A program made the translations under genes and the position numbers. A DNA stretch of 64,000 nucleotides, taken from contig NC_135809.1 of assembly GCF_964213995.1 (NCBI RefSeq), positions 59,520,001 to 59,584,000 on the forward strand, written 5' to 3'. The notes beneath the pieces are model-generated. The model was not told where the DNA came from. It ran no database searches and saw only the letters and a list, made by a program, of their open reading frames with translations. Shown here one piece after another: positions 22,879 to 36,543 of the stretch; the stretch's first letter is position 1, and each line of letters starts with the position of its first letter. Source of the DNA: Mustelus asterias (Eukaryota).

Positions 22879-25664
22879 TTAGCCTATTTATAGGATCTCA
22901 ACTGAACCAGTTTATGCCAATCTGCACACAATTTAATATTCAATTAACAATATGTACCACTACCCTAGCCTGTTAACACCTAGACGCCTGCTAGGACTGG
23001 GTGTACAAAGTATATAACTTCCACATTCAATCTTTAAAATTGCATTAAACTAGTGCAAATGTGAATTTGGCGAGAAGACAATAACAGTGCACTGAAAATA
23101 GAGCAGAGGAAATTAAATCTTCAAAAGGGGGAAAAAAAGCTTAGATCAGATTAATTTTGGCTTCAAAAGGAAACCTGTTATAATTTACTTCATAGCTAAG
23201 CCCATGTGTCAGAATATTTTCAATCCTAAATTTCCCTTCTAATGACACGCTGATGTGGATGGCTTGGTGTAAAAATGTTTGGACAAAAAGGAGCGACCTC
23301 ATTAAAAACAAAACAGAGACACAACAAGCTAGCATTAGGGCTAAATTGATAATGTTTGAAGAAAACGTGAGCAGAAGGAACCCTGATGAGAAGTTTACAA
23401 AGTGACATTTGTGAGGCTCATATTGAGAGCTCCTGCGGTGCCCGTGTTTGTTATGTTGCCCGTGGTAGGTGAAAAATAATCTCGTCCAGAGCATGGCGTG
23501 TGTGAGAAAACATTGAGGACATGTCAGGAAATGTGTAAGGTGATGCATCCATTCCCACAGGACACCCGCATTATTGATTTGTGTCAATAAGGTGTAAAGT
23601 ACAGCGCTCGTAGGACTTGCCATTGCAACCAGAGATATAAATAGTCAAATCTCACCCATCTCGTACAACAAACTCTTTGGTGTTCATCCTTCTGCCGTCT
23701 TTTAATAACTTAATAGATTGGAACTGATTAAAATGGAGAAGAGGAATCACAGGGATAAAGGATGGGCTGATTACAATTAAGGGCAAAGGAGATTGTTATA
23801 AAGAGAACCAAACTCTTCTAAGCAATTTGTTAATTTTGGGTCAGTACTTTGGGCTCATTATTTTTAAATTCAAAATGTTTCATGGGTTCGTTCTTCAAAG
23901 CCCAGCAATAATCAAATCCTGAAGTTATTGTTACATTGGGAAAAGAGCCCTTAAATAAGCTCAAACTAGTACTTCAAATAGCCAGCACTATTAAATACCA
24001 AACAGTGTGTTACAATGGTAGATTTAATGAGCAAAGTTGGGAGGATGCTTGGGTGGAGCATGAACGCCAGTATGGGCTGGTTAGGCTGAATGGTCTGTGT
24101 CATATATGGTGGAATTTAAAAACGTTCTGACTGTGATTGAGGCCAGGGCATTTAGGAATATAGAAGCCAAGCCAGTAAATGGAGCTAAGATACACACCAG
24201 CCATAATCTAACAGACATGGCAGAAAAGGCTCAAGAGTCGAACGGCCTACTCCAAGTTAATGATAAAGATAAACTCTTTAAAGTAACATATGGCACAGAT
24301 AGATCCCAGATTACTGGTCTTGTATGAATTAGGTCATCTTCGCTGAGGCAACCGAATTAACCTCAGTGCTGTTCAGCTAAGGAAGGAGGAACAGTATAAA
24401 GGTTGCTGCCAATTGGTCTCAGTGACCTCTGCTGAAACGTGCAGAGGTCAGATGAAGAGATGACCTGGAACTGCGTGTAGCTGTTCCAGTTAGCAACACT
24501 AGACTCAAAATTCATGCACGTACATGGAACCCTCACCACCCATTTACAACACAGTAAACATAGTCGACAGGGTCAACACAGTACACACGTACACACACAC
24601 GTACACGAACACAAAAAAAACACACACAAACACACGTACACGCGCACACAGTTTGAAAGTATGAAAACTGTGTATGGCATCTCCTGGGTTCGAGAGGTTG
24701 TTGCTGTCATCAAAGAAAAAAATCCCCGTTCCAAAATGGAAAGGAATTATAGGGGAAATCATTGAAGAGAACCACCAAAGCTGATCAAAGGTGATCCACT
24801 CAATGAGCTGATCAATTTAGCGATGTGGATTGGTGTTTTGTATATCTGTGCTTGTCAGCTTCTTCCCTTGTTTAAAGTGAATGACGAGACTGTAATCAGA
24901 AACCTGTGCTGTTGTGGGAAGGTAACAATCGCATGGTCACAATTCGCTGCTTCACCTTTTTAAAAAAAACTTCTTTCATTGGATGTGGGCATTGCTGACT
25001 AAGCCAGTCTCTGTAAATGATTCCCACCAATGAGGGAGTTCACCAGGAAGTGTAATTTCATAACTGGAGCCAGGCCATTCGGGGGTAAAGTCAGGAAGCA
25101 CATCCTCACACAGAGGGTAGTGACAGTCGGTATCCCTTCCCCCTCCCTGCCCCCAAGCAGCCCCAAGAGACTGTAGATGCTGAGGTTTATTAGAGGTTTT
25201 TAAAACTGACTGATATTTTTATAATATTAAAGGATTGAGGAATCAAGGGGGGTAAATGGAGTTAAGATTCATGTCATCCATTTGTCTGTTTGAATACAGG
25301 AGGCGGCTCAGGGGGTGGAATGGGCTGTCCGTTTCTATATTACTTTCCCCACTTACTACAGTATAGCAGTAATCCTTGTTTGTTTGTCACATTTTTAAAC
25401 TTGGTAAGTGGGTGATTGGCTTAAAGCCGAACTTCCCAAACTTTCCTACCGTGACTCCATTTTGGCTGTTCAGAGTGAGAGTGGGGATTGGGGCGATAGG
25501 AAGAGGAGAGTTATGAGATGAAGGGGTTTGGATGAGAGAGTTGTGAGAGCGTGGGGGAGAATTGAGGGAGCAGAGGGGAGAGTCATAAGCATGTGGTGGT
25601 GGGGGAAGAGTTTTTTTAATGCAGGGTCTCATTCAGGCAGAGTGGGGGCCTCAGAGTTCATAGT

Positions 25665-25998
25665 TCAGGTGGCACAGTGGTTAGCACTGGTACCTCACAG
25701 CTCCAGAGACATGGGTTTGATTCCCAGCTTGGGTCACTGTCTGTGTGGAGTTCGCACGTTCTCCCTGTGTCTGCGTGGGTTTCCTCCGGGTGCTCCGGTT
25801 TCCTCCCACAGTCCAAAGATGTGCAGGTTAGGTTGATTGGCCAGGTTAAATTGGCCCTTAGAGTCCCGGTATGCGTAGTTTAGAGGGAATAGCGGGGTAA
25901 ATTCGAGGGGTTATGGGGATAGGGCCTGGGTGGGATTGTTGTCGGTTCAGACTTAATGGGCCGAATGGCCTCCTTCTGCACTCTAATGTTTCTTTCTT
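25665..25998 (+). mobile_element. HE1-like V-SINE
   Basis: Colinear with 7215-7560. Confidence 0.92.
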
Positions 25999-27325
25999 AT
26001 GCCCATCCAACAGCAAGAAAAAGAAAGAGATGGCACAGATTCAAAGGTCTTCAGGTTGATCACCGGTCTGTGGAGTCACAGTCACCACAACTGTCGTGGA
26101 GGAGGGGGAGCCCATGACCCCGAGAGCGCACGAGGGAGAGAGAGAGCGAGCGCGAGAGAGAGAAAGCGAACGAGCGCGAGAGAGCGACAGTGAGCGCGTG
26201 CGGGTGGGCGCGTGTCATGACCCACAGTTTGGGAACCCCTGATCAAGAAGGGCTTGATTGATTAATTGGACAAAATTAATTGTCGGGGATTTCCTGAGTA
26301 GCAGGACGGTTAAATTGGTGCAATGGGCTTTTGTTTGGACATTCTGCAGCTGGTTTCTTTACAATAGGGTGAAGTAAGTGTGCTGCTCCAAAGATCTTCA
26401 TCCCAGCCACAAAGAAATTACAGAGGCTTGAGAAACTGTTCACAAAGCACAAGGTCAAGCCACAGAATAAAAAGTTCGGCTTGAAAAACAATGGTGTCCT
26501 GCTTAGCAGCACTTGCTGAGTCAGAATGAATGAACTCGAGCCTTTTTGCAGCTTTGTAAAGTCGAGAAGTGGCCTTGAATCCTATCTTTGATTGTTAATT
26601 GAACATGGTGTGAAAGTACATTGACGGGTGTTATAAGTTTATAAAGCTGAACAAAGGCTTCTGAAAGCTTGAAGATATTAGGCAAGATTTGAATTGCTTC
26701 CTCGGTGAGCCATCGGGTTTTGTGCAGTGTGAAAGAAGATGACAGCTCTTAGCTAATTGTTTCAGAAGAAAATGTGTGAAACAGCAAAATTAATTCCAAC
26801 CGCCTCATCTGCCAGTGGTACAATTATCATCTCTCCAAAAGAAATCAATAGGCAATTTACAGTCTATTATAGGAGACTATATTAATATAAATGTTCTCAT
26901 TTGAAGAGGACCAAAGGCTTCCTCCAGGTTACCTTGCAAAGCTTTAGCTAACACACTGACAACTCTTTTGGCGGAGGGTGGGTGGGTTTGATTGGCACAG
27001 AGTTGCACAATCCCATGGGTTTCCCAAAATGGGTTTTATGCTGGTGAGATATCCCATTACGATTCTCTCTCTCTCTCGCTCCTCCCCCGCCCCCACACCC
27101 CGCCGACGACGTATTGAGTATCCTGATGTCCAATATTGGGATCCCTATTTGAATATATTTAAATATTATTAGTTCCCCCTCCACGTTAAATTGTGTATTC
27201 ACGTCAGCGTGCCCTGAATCACAGCAGGTCCCCCATGACCTGTACCTGACGAGCAGAACCTGATGGGAGATACACAGATGAGTACAGCCCCCTGTACGGA
27301 CAGAATCATGTCCAGGCAATGCCCT

Positions 27326-27548
27326 ATGTTCTCCCCATGTCTGCATAGTTTTCCTCCGGATGCTCCGGTTTCCTCCCATAGTTCAAAGATGTGTGGGTTA
27401 GGCTGATTGGCCATGCTTTGCTGCCCCTTGGTGTCAGGGGGGTTAGCAAGGTAAATATGTGGGGTTATGGGGATAGAGCTGGGTGGGATTGTTGCCGGTG
27501 CAGGCTTGAATGGCCTCCTTCTGCACTGTAGGGATTCTATTCTATGAT
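27326..27548 (+). mobile_element. HE1-like V-SINE, 5'-truncated
   Basis: V-domain plus (TTCTA) tail. Confidence 0.85.
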
Positions 27549-27589
27549 TTTAGTACAAAAGAATCAAGGCACTAGCGAGGATGAGGGAC

Positions 27590-28525
27590 TGGAGGAAATT
27601 AGTATTTGTCAAAAAGTGGTACTCGAGAAATTAATTGGACTGAAAGTTGATAAATCTCTTCGACCTGATGAACAGAGTGTTGAAAGAGGCGCCTGTAGAG
27701 ATAGTGGTCGCATTGGTGATCATCTTCCAAAATTCTACAGATTCTGCAGTAGTTCCTGCAGAATGGAATGCAACAAATGTAACCCCGATCTTTAAGAAAG
27801 GAGGGAGAGAGAAAACAGGGAAATACAGACCTGGGATCAGCAGTAAGGAAAATGCTAGAATCTATTATAAAGGATGAGATAACTGGATAATGTTAGGATT
27901 GGGCAGAGTCAACATAGATCTATGAAAGGAAAATAATCATATTTGACAAACCTGGGAAAGTTTTTTGAGGATTGAATGAGCAGGCTAGACATGGGAAATC
28001 AGTAGATCTGGTACACTTGTATTTGCAGAAGGTTCCACACCAAAGGTTAGAAGGCAAAATGGGATTGGGGGTAATAAACTGGCATGGATTGTGAATTGGT
28101 CAACAGACAGAAAATAGAAGGTAGGAATTCTCAGATTGGCAGGCTGTGACCAGTGGGGTACCGCAAGAGTCAGTGCTCAGTCCCAGCTATTCACAATCTA
28201 GATCAATGATTTGGCTTTGGGGAACAAATGTAATATTTCCAAGTTTGTTGATGACAAAAGTAGGTGGGAGTACGAGTGTGAGGAGGATGCAAGGAGGCCC
28301 CAAGGGGATTTGGGCAGTCTAAGTGAGTGGGCAGGAACTTGGCGGATGGAATAGAATGTGGAAAAGTGTTTCCTACTTTGGCAGGAAGAACAGAAATGCA
28401 GAATATTTCTTAAATGGTGAGTGATTGGGAAGTGTTGATGTCCAAACAGGCCTGGGTGCCTATGTTCATGAGTCATTGAAAGTTAACATGCAGGTGCAGC
28501 AAGCAATTAGGAAGGTAAATGGTGA
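27590..28525 (+). mobile_element. Old degenerate CR1 RT fragment
   Basis: LKVDKS..., W.ATNVTPIFKKG, GVPQESVL and FVDD remnants with many indels. Confidence 0.85.
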
Positions 28526-28604
28526 TGTGGTGATTGCCCCTTTAAGGACAATACAGCAGTGTAAGGGTCACATGGCCTGGGTGACCAATCAGGACTCCAG
28601 TGTG

Positions 28605-28962
28605 GAATCACCCCATGGAGTGCAGAAGGAAGCCATTCAGCCCTTTGATTCTGCACTGACTCTCTCACAAGAGTATCTTACCTTGGCCCTCGCCCCCTTC
28701 CTATCCCTCTAACCCCACACATTTACCATGGCTAACCCATCTAACCTACACATCTACACATCTCCGGGACACCAAAAGGCTATTTTCTTTTACCATTCCA
28801 TTTAACCTGCACATCTTTGGACTGTGGGGGGAAAGCGGAGCACCTGAAGGAAACCCACGCAGACACGGGGAGAAAGTGCGAACTCCACATAGACAGTCAC
28901 CCAAGGCCAGAATCGAACCCGCGTCTCTGGCGCTGTAAGGCAGCAGCGCTAACCACTATGCC
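28605..28962 (-). mobile_element. HE1-like V-SINE
   Basis: Reverse-complement V-domain and tRNA head (AATCGAACCC). Confidence 0.88.
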
Positions 28963-30212
28963 AGTTTTGCAGGCTCCTTGATGTGATCTCCAAGTACTTG
29001 TTTGGTATGGTTTGTGCAGCTCTTAGGTCTGCACCTAATTTGTACAAAGGCAACCCCACTTCACCTCTGTAACCACCTTCCCCAGCACTTCATGAGAAAT
29101 CTGTCTTCCTCCAAATTTGGCCAATCCACATTTCCTTCACCCTGTCCTCTATTGCTGTCTGTGTCTTCCTGAGTGCTGCAGCAGGGCGCAGGGCACCCAG
29201 TAAAAGGGATCGCCCCCGCACGCACGCACACACTTAAACAACTATAAGTGGTAGCCTGGCTGCAAAAGCCATTGTTAATTTAAACTTTAAAAACAGCTGA
29301 GAAGATGCCACCTCGATTTTGAAATCTCCACTCCCTCACTTATCTCCCATCGCAGCCTGGAGGACCTCTCTGTTAGATCCTCCAGTTTTGAGAGTTTACC
29401 CTCTGTCCTTTATTGGATGGAGAGACCACCCTTTTGGACGTTATTTGGCCACCCTGAGAAAGATTACAACGTGTGACTGTTTCCTCACAGAGGGCTGGCT
29501 TCGAATCCACAGTTCAGCCCACTATGGGCTGCAGGAGGAAACTCCTGGCCATTGTTTCTGATTACACGACTGGGAAGGATTGTGCAATGCATCACCACGT
29601 TAAAGGCACTATCGAGACATAAACTGTTGTTGCTGTGGTGGAGGGAATCTTGGGGAATCCTTGATGCTGACACATTGATGCTTACAAACTGTGCTGGCGT
29701 CACCCTCCCCATTCCCTGACCCCACACAGAGCTGACATCCCTCACTTTACTCAGCAAAAAAAAACAAAATCAGGAGAGAAAAAATTACAATCGACTTTTC
29801 TTAAAAAAAAAAGTGGCATTCCAATTTTGCGATATCTATTCTTGATTCATGTTATAAACAAAAAAAAAGTCTATTTATTAAAGGCAGATTCTTGTCATTC
29901 AGGCAATTTGTCCCACCGGCACTGTTAATCAATAACTTTTTTTCAAGGGCACGCATAGATTTTGATGACTTGCACAAGCAAAGAGCCTCCATCGCCACGC
30001 AAAATTAAATGTAACTATCCCGCAAAGCAATGTATTTTGAGAAGAGTGTATGGGTGTCTCATAACAGCTGGTTTAGATTAGGAGGCTGAAAGAGGTTCCA
30101 TTTTCTAAAGCAGTAAAAATATAATGAACATTTCACCACAACTTCAAGCAGAAAGTGATGAAGGTCCACATCATGGTGAGAGAATACATTAACCACCCTG
30201 TGCAGGTCAGTG

Positions 30213-30625
30213 GTAGGGTTGCTAACTCTTGTTGAAGACGTCCCTGGAGATTGTTGTAATGTCCTAACTATGTTCTTGATTAATAAGGGGATCAGGGGTT
30301 ATGGGGAAAAGGCAGGAGAATGGGGATGAGAAAAATATCAGCCATGATTGAATGGCGGAGCGGACTTGATTGGCCGAGTGGCCTAATTCTGTTCCTGTGT
30401 CTTATGGTCTTATGTTAGGGGCTGTGGGTTTTAAACAAAAAGAAAAAGATGTGGTTTGCACACGTAGATTCAAACTAACAACAACAGGTTTATTGAGGAG
30501 CGGTTGTCTGTACAGAGTACAAACTGAAACTAAAAGCAGGAGCCTCTGAAACACCCCAATGACATTACCATCAAAGCATGGTACCTACTCTCAAAGAAAT
30601 CATGCAACTATTTATATATATAACA
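30213..30625. mobile_element. Nest: hAT MITE end, probable solo LTR (30252-30625) and CR1 3' end (~30270-30412)
   Basis: TAGGGTTGCTAAC TIR, TGTTGTA...TATAACA ends, and a CR1 tail (CTTATGGT) flanked by TATGTT duplicates. Confidence 0.55.
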
Positions 30626-30704
30626 ATTTTCACTCTGTGTCCCCTTCCAAGTCCTTTTTTCCCAATCCAACACTTCTATAGCTAAAAGGCTTAGAAATAT
30701 ACTT

Positions 30705-31350
30705 CTTTTCCTTCACTGTTGCTGGGTCAAAAGCCTGGAACTCCCTCCCAAATAGCACTATGGGTGTAGCTACACTACATGGACCACAGCAGTTCAAGAA
30801 AGCAGCTCACCATGACTTTCTCAAGGGCAACTAGGGATGGGCAAGGAATGCTGGTTGTAATGGAATACCTTCCACTTCCCTAGAAGAGTGCAGCTCAAAC
30901 AACACTCAAGAAGCTTGACACCATCCAGAACAAAGCAGTCCACTTGATTGCTACCCTTCCACAAACATACACTCCATCTACCACCTACAAACAGTGGCAG
31001 CAGTTGTGTACCATCTATAAGGTGCACTGTAGGAACTCACCAAGGTTCCTTAGGCAGCATCTTCCAAACCCACTACTACTATCATCTAGAAGGACAAGAG
31101 CAACAAATACCTGGGAACACTACCACTGCAAGTTCCCCTCCAAGCCACTCACCATCCTGACTTAGAAATATATCGCCGTTCCTTCACTGTTGCTGGGTCA
31201 AAATCCTGGAGGTCCCTCCTTAACAGCACTGTGGGTGTACCTACACCATGTGGACTGCAACGGTTCAGGAAGGCAGCTCACCACTGCCTTCAAGGGCAGT
31301 TAGGAATGGGCAATAAATGCTGGCCTGACCAGCGATGAATGAGTAAAATA
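30705..31350 (+). mobile_element. Two tandem LINE-B 3' ends
   Basis: CCTTCACTGTTGCTGGGTCAAAA...GGGCAA occurs twice, at about 30710 and 31180. Confidence 0.88.
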
Positions 31351-32506
31351 ACAATCACCACAGGGTCAGCTGTTTGCAAATCTGCAGACCGGAAAGTTAA
31401 GAATTGCTGTTCAAACTGGTTGAACTTTCACCACTCAGCTCTTGTTTGAAGTTCCTAACAGTGTATTGTACTTGCACTGAATCCCAGTAATTGCCAGCTT
31501 AGATCATTTGTTTTCCTTTAAGTTATTTACTGCTTATTGGCGCAGTCTATTTATTGATGACTAACTTTAAAAATTGCCTGAACTTTGAAGGCATTAACTT
31601 GCTTGGGTAAATTCTTGGCAGCAATAGAGGAATGACCTCTAATAATGGTACCATTGGCACGATTTTGGACTCATGAAAGGTTTGAATCAGTGTAGCCTGT
31701 CGCTGTTTAGTTGTTTCTCCTTTTGAGAGCACAAACGTTCCTCTTTCCCTTAACTGTTCGAATTGTGGTGTGATAGGGGTCAAGGCACAGCTTTAATTTC
31801 ATCCTGACCAATGGGAGACGTTGACGAGCAGGAAGTAAAGAAGCCAGCCAGGAAGGTCAGAGTTTTCCAGCACAGAACGAGGCCCTTCAGCCCATCGTGT
31901 CTCGGCCAGCCATCAAACTCACGCACACAAAGAAATCTGAAATAAGGATTTCCTCTTCATAACCGTATAGGGCAACTGGAGAGTATTCCATTACACGGCT
32001 GACTTATGCCTTGTAGATTCTTAACGTCAGTAGTAGCAAACTAGAGATTCCTGTGGAACCTCAAAGCCGTGGTTTATATTGTCGGTTATTTTTAGTATAC
32101 ACTCAGCCACTTTCAAAGTGATCCACCAGATCTCTGCTCTGATGGGCTGTTAGAAAACCAGAGCCTGAAGCATGTATTTCAAGGTGTTTTTAGTACATAT
32201 CCTGATGCTGTCAATCTGATCACATTATCTCAGTTACAGGGGAAGTGTTGGAGAATTCCCTAGAGTGAAAAATAGCTGCAAAGATACACCAATATTGATG
32301 CAGTGCCAATCCTGGCACATGGATATGGTTCTTTGGTAAGAAGTTGATAAGCATACAGTAAGCAGTGAGCCCACATGCATTGAGCCGTGTGGGAGAAAGG
32401 GAACTGGATATCACATTGGTTTGGACTGCAGCTTTTCATTTCTGGTGTTCAAATCCAAACTGACGGGGTAGAGGCCTCTTCTCTCTGCTTGCTGACAGAT
32501 TTTGAA

Positions 32507-32866
32507 TAGGGTTGTCAACTCTGGTTGGACATATCCCTGGAGGTGTCATCACATGACCTGCTTCCAACCACCCCATCCCCACACTCTCATTATTCATTCC
32601 CACCCTGACATGTCTATCCTCACGACTCACCTGCCTCCCACACCAACAGACTTGTTGACCAATTCAGGTACTTAATCGTCAAACGGCCTTTATCTCCCTC
32701 TCACCTCATGTCCGATTGTTAGTTGTAGACCAGAAAGCAGCATTCAAAGACTTATTTTTTAAAATGTTCCATTGTCCCGTGTTTTTTTTTCTCCCTTCTA
32801 TCTTGGTGATAGGGCTTACATTCCCAGGGACTCCAGGATTAACCTAGAGAATTGGGGACAACTCTC
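32507..32866. mobile_element. hAT MITE, same family as 60077-60414 in opposite orientation
   Basis: TAGGGTTGTCAAC left TIR, degenerate right TIR and internal homology. Confidence 0.7.
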
Positions 32867-33809
32867 AGCGTGTACAAGGTGAGCTTGGGATCCAGCTCCA
32901 CATAGCAATGGTGTCACAGCACAAAATTACCCTGAACATGGCATCATTTTTATTCTCGCCCAAAGACCATGTGATGGTTTTAATGGTTCTGAATATTGTA
33001 GGCGGAAAAACCGAGGGTGGGAAAGGGTTCCAGAATAAGAGGGGGTGAGGGGGAGATGTGTGAAGAATTGGTTTCAATAAAGCAAAGATGTGCAGAGGAG
33101 GAAGATCGTGAAAGACATGGTGACTGGATTTTAGAAGACAATATGCAGAGGCACATTGACAGCAGCAATATTAAAGCAGAGGACAAATCCTGGCATGGAC
33201 TCAATGGGTAGAATGGCCATCTCTAATTAATCTCAAACTCAATGAATGGAAATGTGAGAGAGTTTATGTTTTCTTGTGAGGAGCACGGATTGACAAAGAA
33301 TTATGCACAGTGATCTGTCCGACTATTATCTCTTTGCACTATTTCTGTCAGGAAACAGGAATAAAATCAATGTGCGTTTTGGTAACTAAAAGAAACAGGA
33401 ATTTGCTAATCTGACCTTTCAAACTATTCAGCGAGAACATTGAACGTTTCTTTGCTTTACCAGTAACTGCATCCAATAAATAAACAAGCCCCAAGGAGTT
33501 GTTTCAGTGATGGGAATATTTGCTCATTCCTCCTGGCGGGGAATGATCAGCCCTTCAAACATTTCCATTTTCTTCTCAATAGCCCATCAGCTGAAAGCAG
33601 TGAGTGAGTGAGCTGTTACAGATTGGCTGCTCCCTAGTCTGATGTGTGCTGACTTGACTGGGTGGTGGTCTTAGTATTGCAATCGGCCTCAGTACCTCTC
33701 ACTCTGGTTGGCTTGGAGGAGGGTTGTTGGGTAAGTCAGTCATGGTTCTTGATCCTGATTGTCCAAAAATGCAAACGCTAAAAATACAGGAACTAAATAC
33801 TAAAATACA

Positions 33810-34128
33810 GGGGCAGCACGGTGGCACAGTGGTTAGTGCTGCTGTCTCACAGCTCCAGGGACCCAGGATCAGTTCAAGCCTCAGGTGACTGTCTGTGTGG
33901 AGTTTGCACATTCTCCCCATGTCTGCGTGGGTTTCCTCCCACAGCCCAAAGATGTGCAAGTTAGGTGGATTGGACAAGCTAATTTGCACCATAGTGTGTA
34001 GGTTAGGGGGATAAGCAGGGTAAATTTGTGGGGACAGGGCAGGGGTGGGCCCCGGGTAAGATATTCTGTCAGAGAGTTGTGCAGATGTGACGGGCTGAAT
34101 GGCTTCCTTCTGCACTATAGGGATTCTA
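33810..34128 (+). mobile_element. HE1-like V-SINE
   Basis: tRNA head, V-domain and tail GGCTTCCTTCTGCACTATAGGGATTCTA. Confidence 0.9.
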
Positions 34129-34143
34129 ATGGAATTACTAATG

Positions 34144-34495
34144 GGAGGCAGCAGTGGTGTAGTGGTAATGTCACTAGACTAGCAATCCAGAGGCCCAGGC
34201 TAATGCTCTGGGGACAAGGGTTCAAATCCCACCATGGCAGCTGCTGGAATTTAAATTTAATTAATAATCCAGAATTGAGTTTCAGTGATGACCATTGGTT
34301 ATCGTAAAAACCCATCTGGTTCACTAACTTCCTTTAGGGAAGGAAATCTGCCATCCTTACCTGGTCTGGCCAACACTTGACGCCAGACCCACAACAATGT
34401 GGTTGACTCTTAACTGAGTAGACTACTTAGTTCAAGGGATATTAAGGATGGGCAACAAACAGTGACACCCACAACCCATGAAGGAATAAAGATGA
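34144..34495 (+). mobile_element. Full-length tRNA-derived SINE-B sharing its tail with LINE-B
   Basis: A box GTGGTGTAGTGG, B box GGTTCAAATCC and tail AAGGG.ATTAAGGATGGGCAACAAA. Confidence 0.88.
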
Positions 34496-35636
34496 AAACA
34501 GACAAAAGTACTTCACATTCCACCATCCTGCCAGCCACAGCCACACAATGATAATGGAGTTATCGGTTAATCTCTATCAATGGTTCCATTTGATCTCAAT
34601 GGACATGGGGGAGTTAAAATCTCACCAAATTAAACTACAACCAACATAGACATGAGTGGTAGAGAGCTTAGAATCACAGAATAGTTACAGCACTGATGGA
34701 GGCCACTTGGCTTGCTCTCTGCAATCACTACTCAGCCAGTGCTGCCCTGCCACCCCCCACCCCACTCCCATACCCTGCAAATCTTTCCTCTTCACATATT
34801 TGTCCAATTCCTTTTTGAATGCCACATTTGAATCTGCCTCTACCACACTCTCACACTCCAGATCCAAACCACTCAGTTGAGTGAAGAGGCTTTTCCTCAC
34901 GCTGCCTTTGGCTTTTTCTGGCAGCCGCATTGCCCTCATCAACTTTCCCTGCTATCTCTACAAAAACCTTAGCCGAGTTAGTTAAACATAATTTACCTTC
35001 AACAAATCTGTGCTGGCTTTCATTAATTAATCCACACTTGCCCAGTGCGCCCATCCACACTTGTCCGAGTCAAAATGGGAACTGCAGGAGAAAAGTCTAC
35101 GGATGCTCCCAAGCATATGACACTCAGCACTTCGCATCTCAAATTACTCAAATACTGTATCCAAAAATACTCTTTTCTGAAAGAAAACTATCGAGTTTGC
35201 ATCTGAATAAATCAATAGTCTTCCACTCTCTCCCTACTGACTTGTTTCATAGACTGACCACTTGGTAAATGAAATAACATTTCCTTCTCTGCTCCAATGT
35301 ACATCGGCTCATTTCCCTTCACGTAATAATTGTTTCTGATCCATGGTGTTACCCAGTGACTGTGGGGGTTTAAACATGTCTGCAAGGATCACATTGCCAG
35401 ATAACAGGTTGCTCCGGGGTTTATTTTCAGGAGCACAGCAGCCGACTGCACTGCTAAGCATGTCTTTACCCATTGGCAAACTTTCTGGCGCTGGGGGTCA
35501 CCAGTCAAACAACATGTAACCTCTCGGGATGAGGACTCAACCTTATCACTTAATCCACTTAGTGCCAACTGCCACTTAGCTAGTGAGCTCCAGTGCAGTT
35601 AATCACAGAATCACCACAGTGCAGAAGGTGGCCATT

Positions 35637-36543
35637 CAGTAAGCACAGGCTCTTTCCGCAGATCTGGGGTCAGATAAATGTCGGTCTAAAAGATGGCATC
35701 AAAAGTTCCTTAGAAGCGTTGCCTCGGGTGGCCGTGCAGCCTCTGGGTTAGGTGTAGCAACTGTTGGTACCAGCCATCTGAAGCAGTTTCTTGGGCACAG
35801 GGGCTGAGATAATACCAATACCACGGGGTGCAGGGGTTAGCCGCACCAAGACTGTACCACAATGGCCAGTCACCAGGCATCATACAGTGTTTGGCAACCA
35901 ATTTTGTTACCCCAGTAGCCCCTCCTCACAGGGATGATGGATAGTTTCGCCGGAATAATAGCTCCACGAATGGCAGTGGCCACTTCCATGGAACACTTGA
36001 CATCCAATCCAACAGGTCCATTCTAGTCACCAATAGCAACCAAAATCCTGAGCCTGGTTCGTTAACTGGCACGGGTCTGCTTCTGTACAGGCATGATCTT
36101 GAGAATCTCGTCCTTTAGGTTAGGTAGATTGTCCATGCTAAATAGTCCCTTTGTGTCAAACGATATGTAGTTTAGGTGGATTAGCCATGGTCAACTTCGG
36201 GGAAGGGGGTGGGGGAGGGGGAATGATCATTTGGAGAGATATTTCAGACCCGATGGCCTGAATGGTCTCCTTCTGCACTGCAGGAATTATATGGTTCTTT
36301 AAGGCCAACCCCAGGAATAAGTCAGTGATTTCAGACTCTTTTATAGGGCAGGAGAAGAGGTAAATTTCCTCCAGAGCTTTGAACTTCATATCCTTTACCA
36401 AAAACCCAGCTTAGTTAATGACACCCACTCCTTATCGTCAGCCTTTCCACCATAAGAACCATGGCCTCGGCCACATCTCCTACCCTGCCCCCGGCCATGC
36501 TGACCGGAGCCAAATGTTCTCTCCCACCAGCATCGCCCACCAT
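35637..36543 (-). pseudogene. RPS2: Processed pseudogene of 40S ribosomal protein S2 (uS5)
   Basis: Minus strand reads M.GDAGGR...[38 protein letters not shown] / LKDEILKIMPVQKQTRA.*RTR...[29 protein letters not shown]...TFDAI...YLTPDL.KE. It has no introns, has stops and frameshifts, and is interrupted by a SINE fragment. Confidence 0.95.
36118..36295 (+). mobile_element. V-SINE 3' half inserted into the RPS2 pseudogene
   Basis: SINE tail motifs that split the codons ...LALK|DEILK. Confidence 0.8.
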
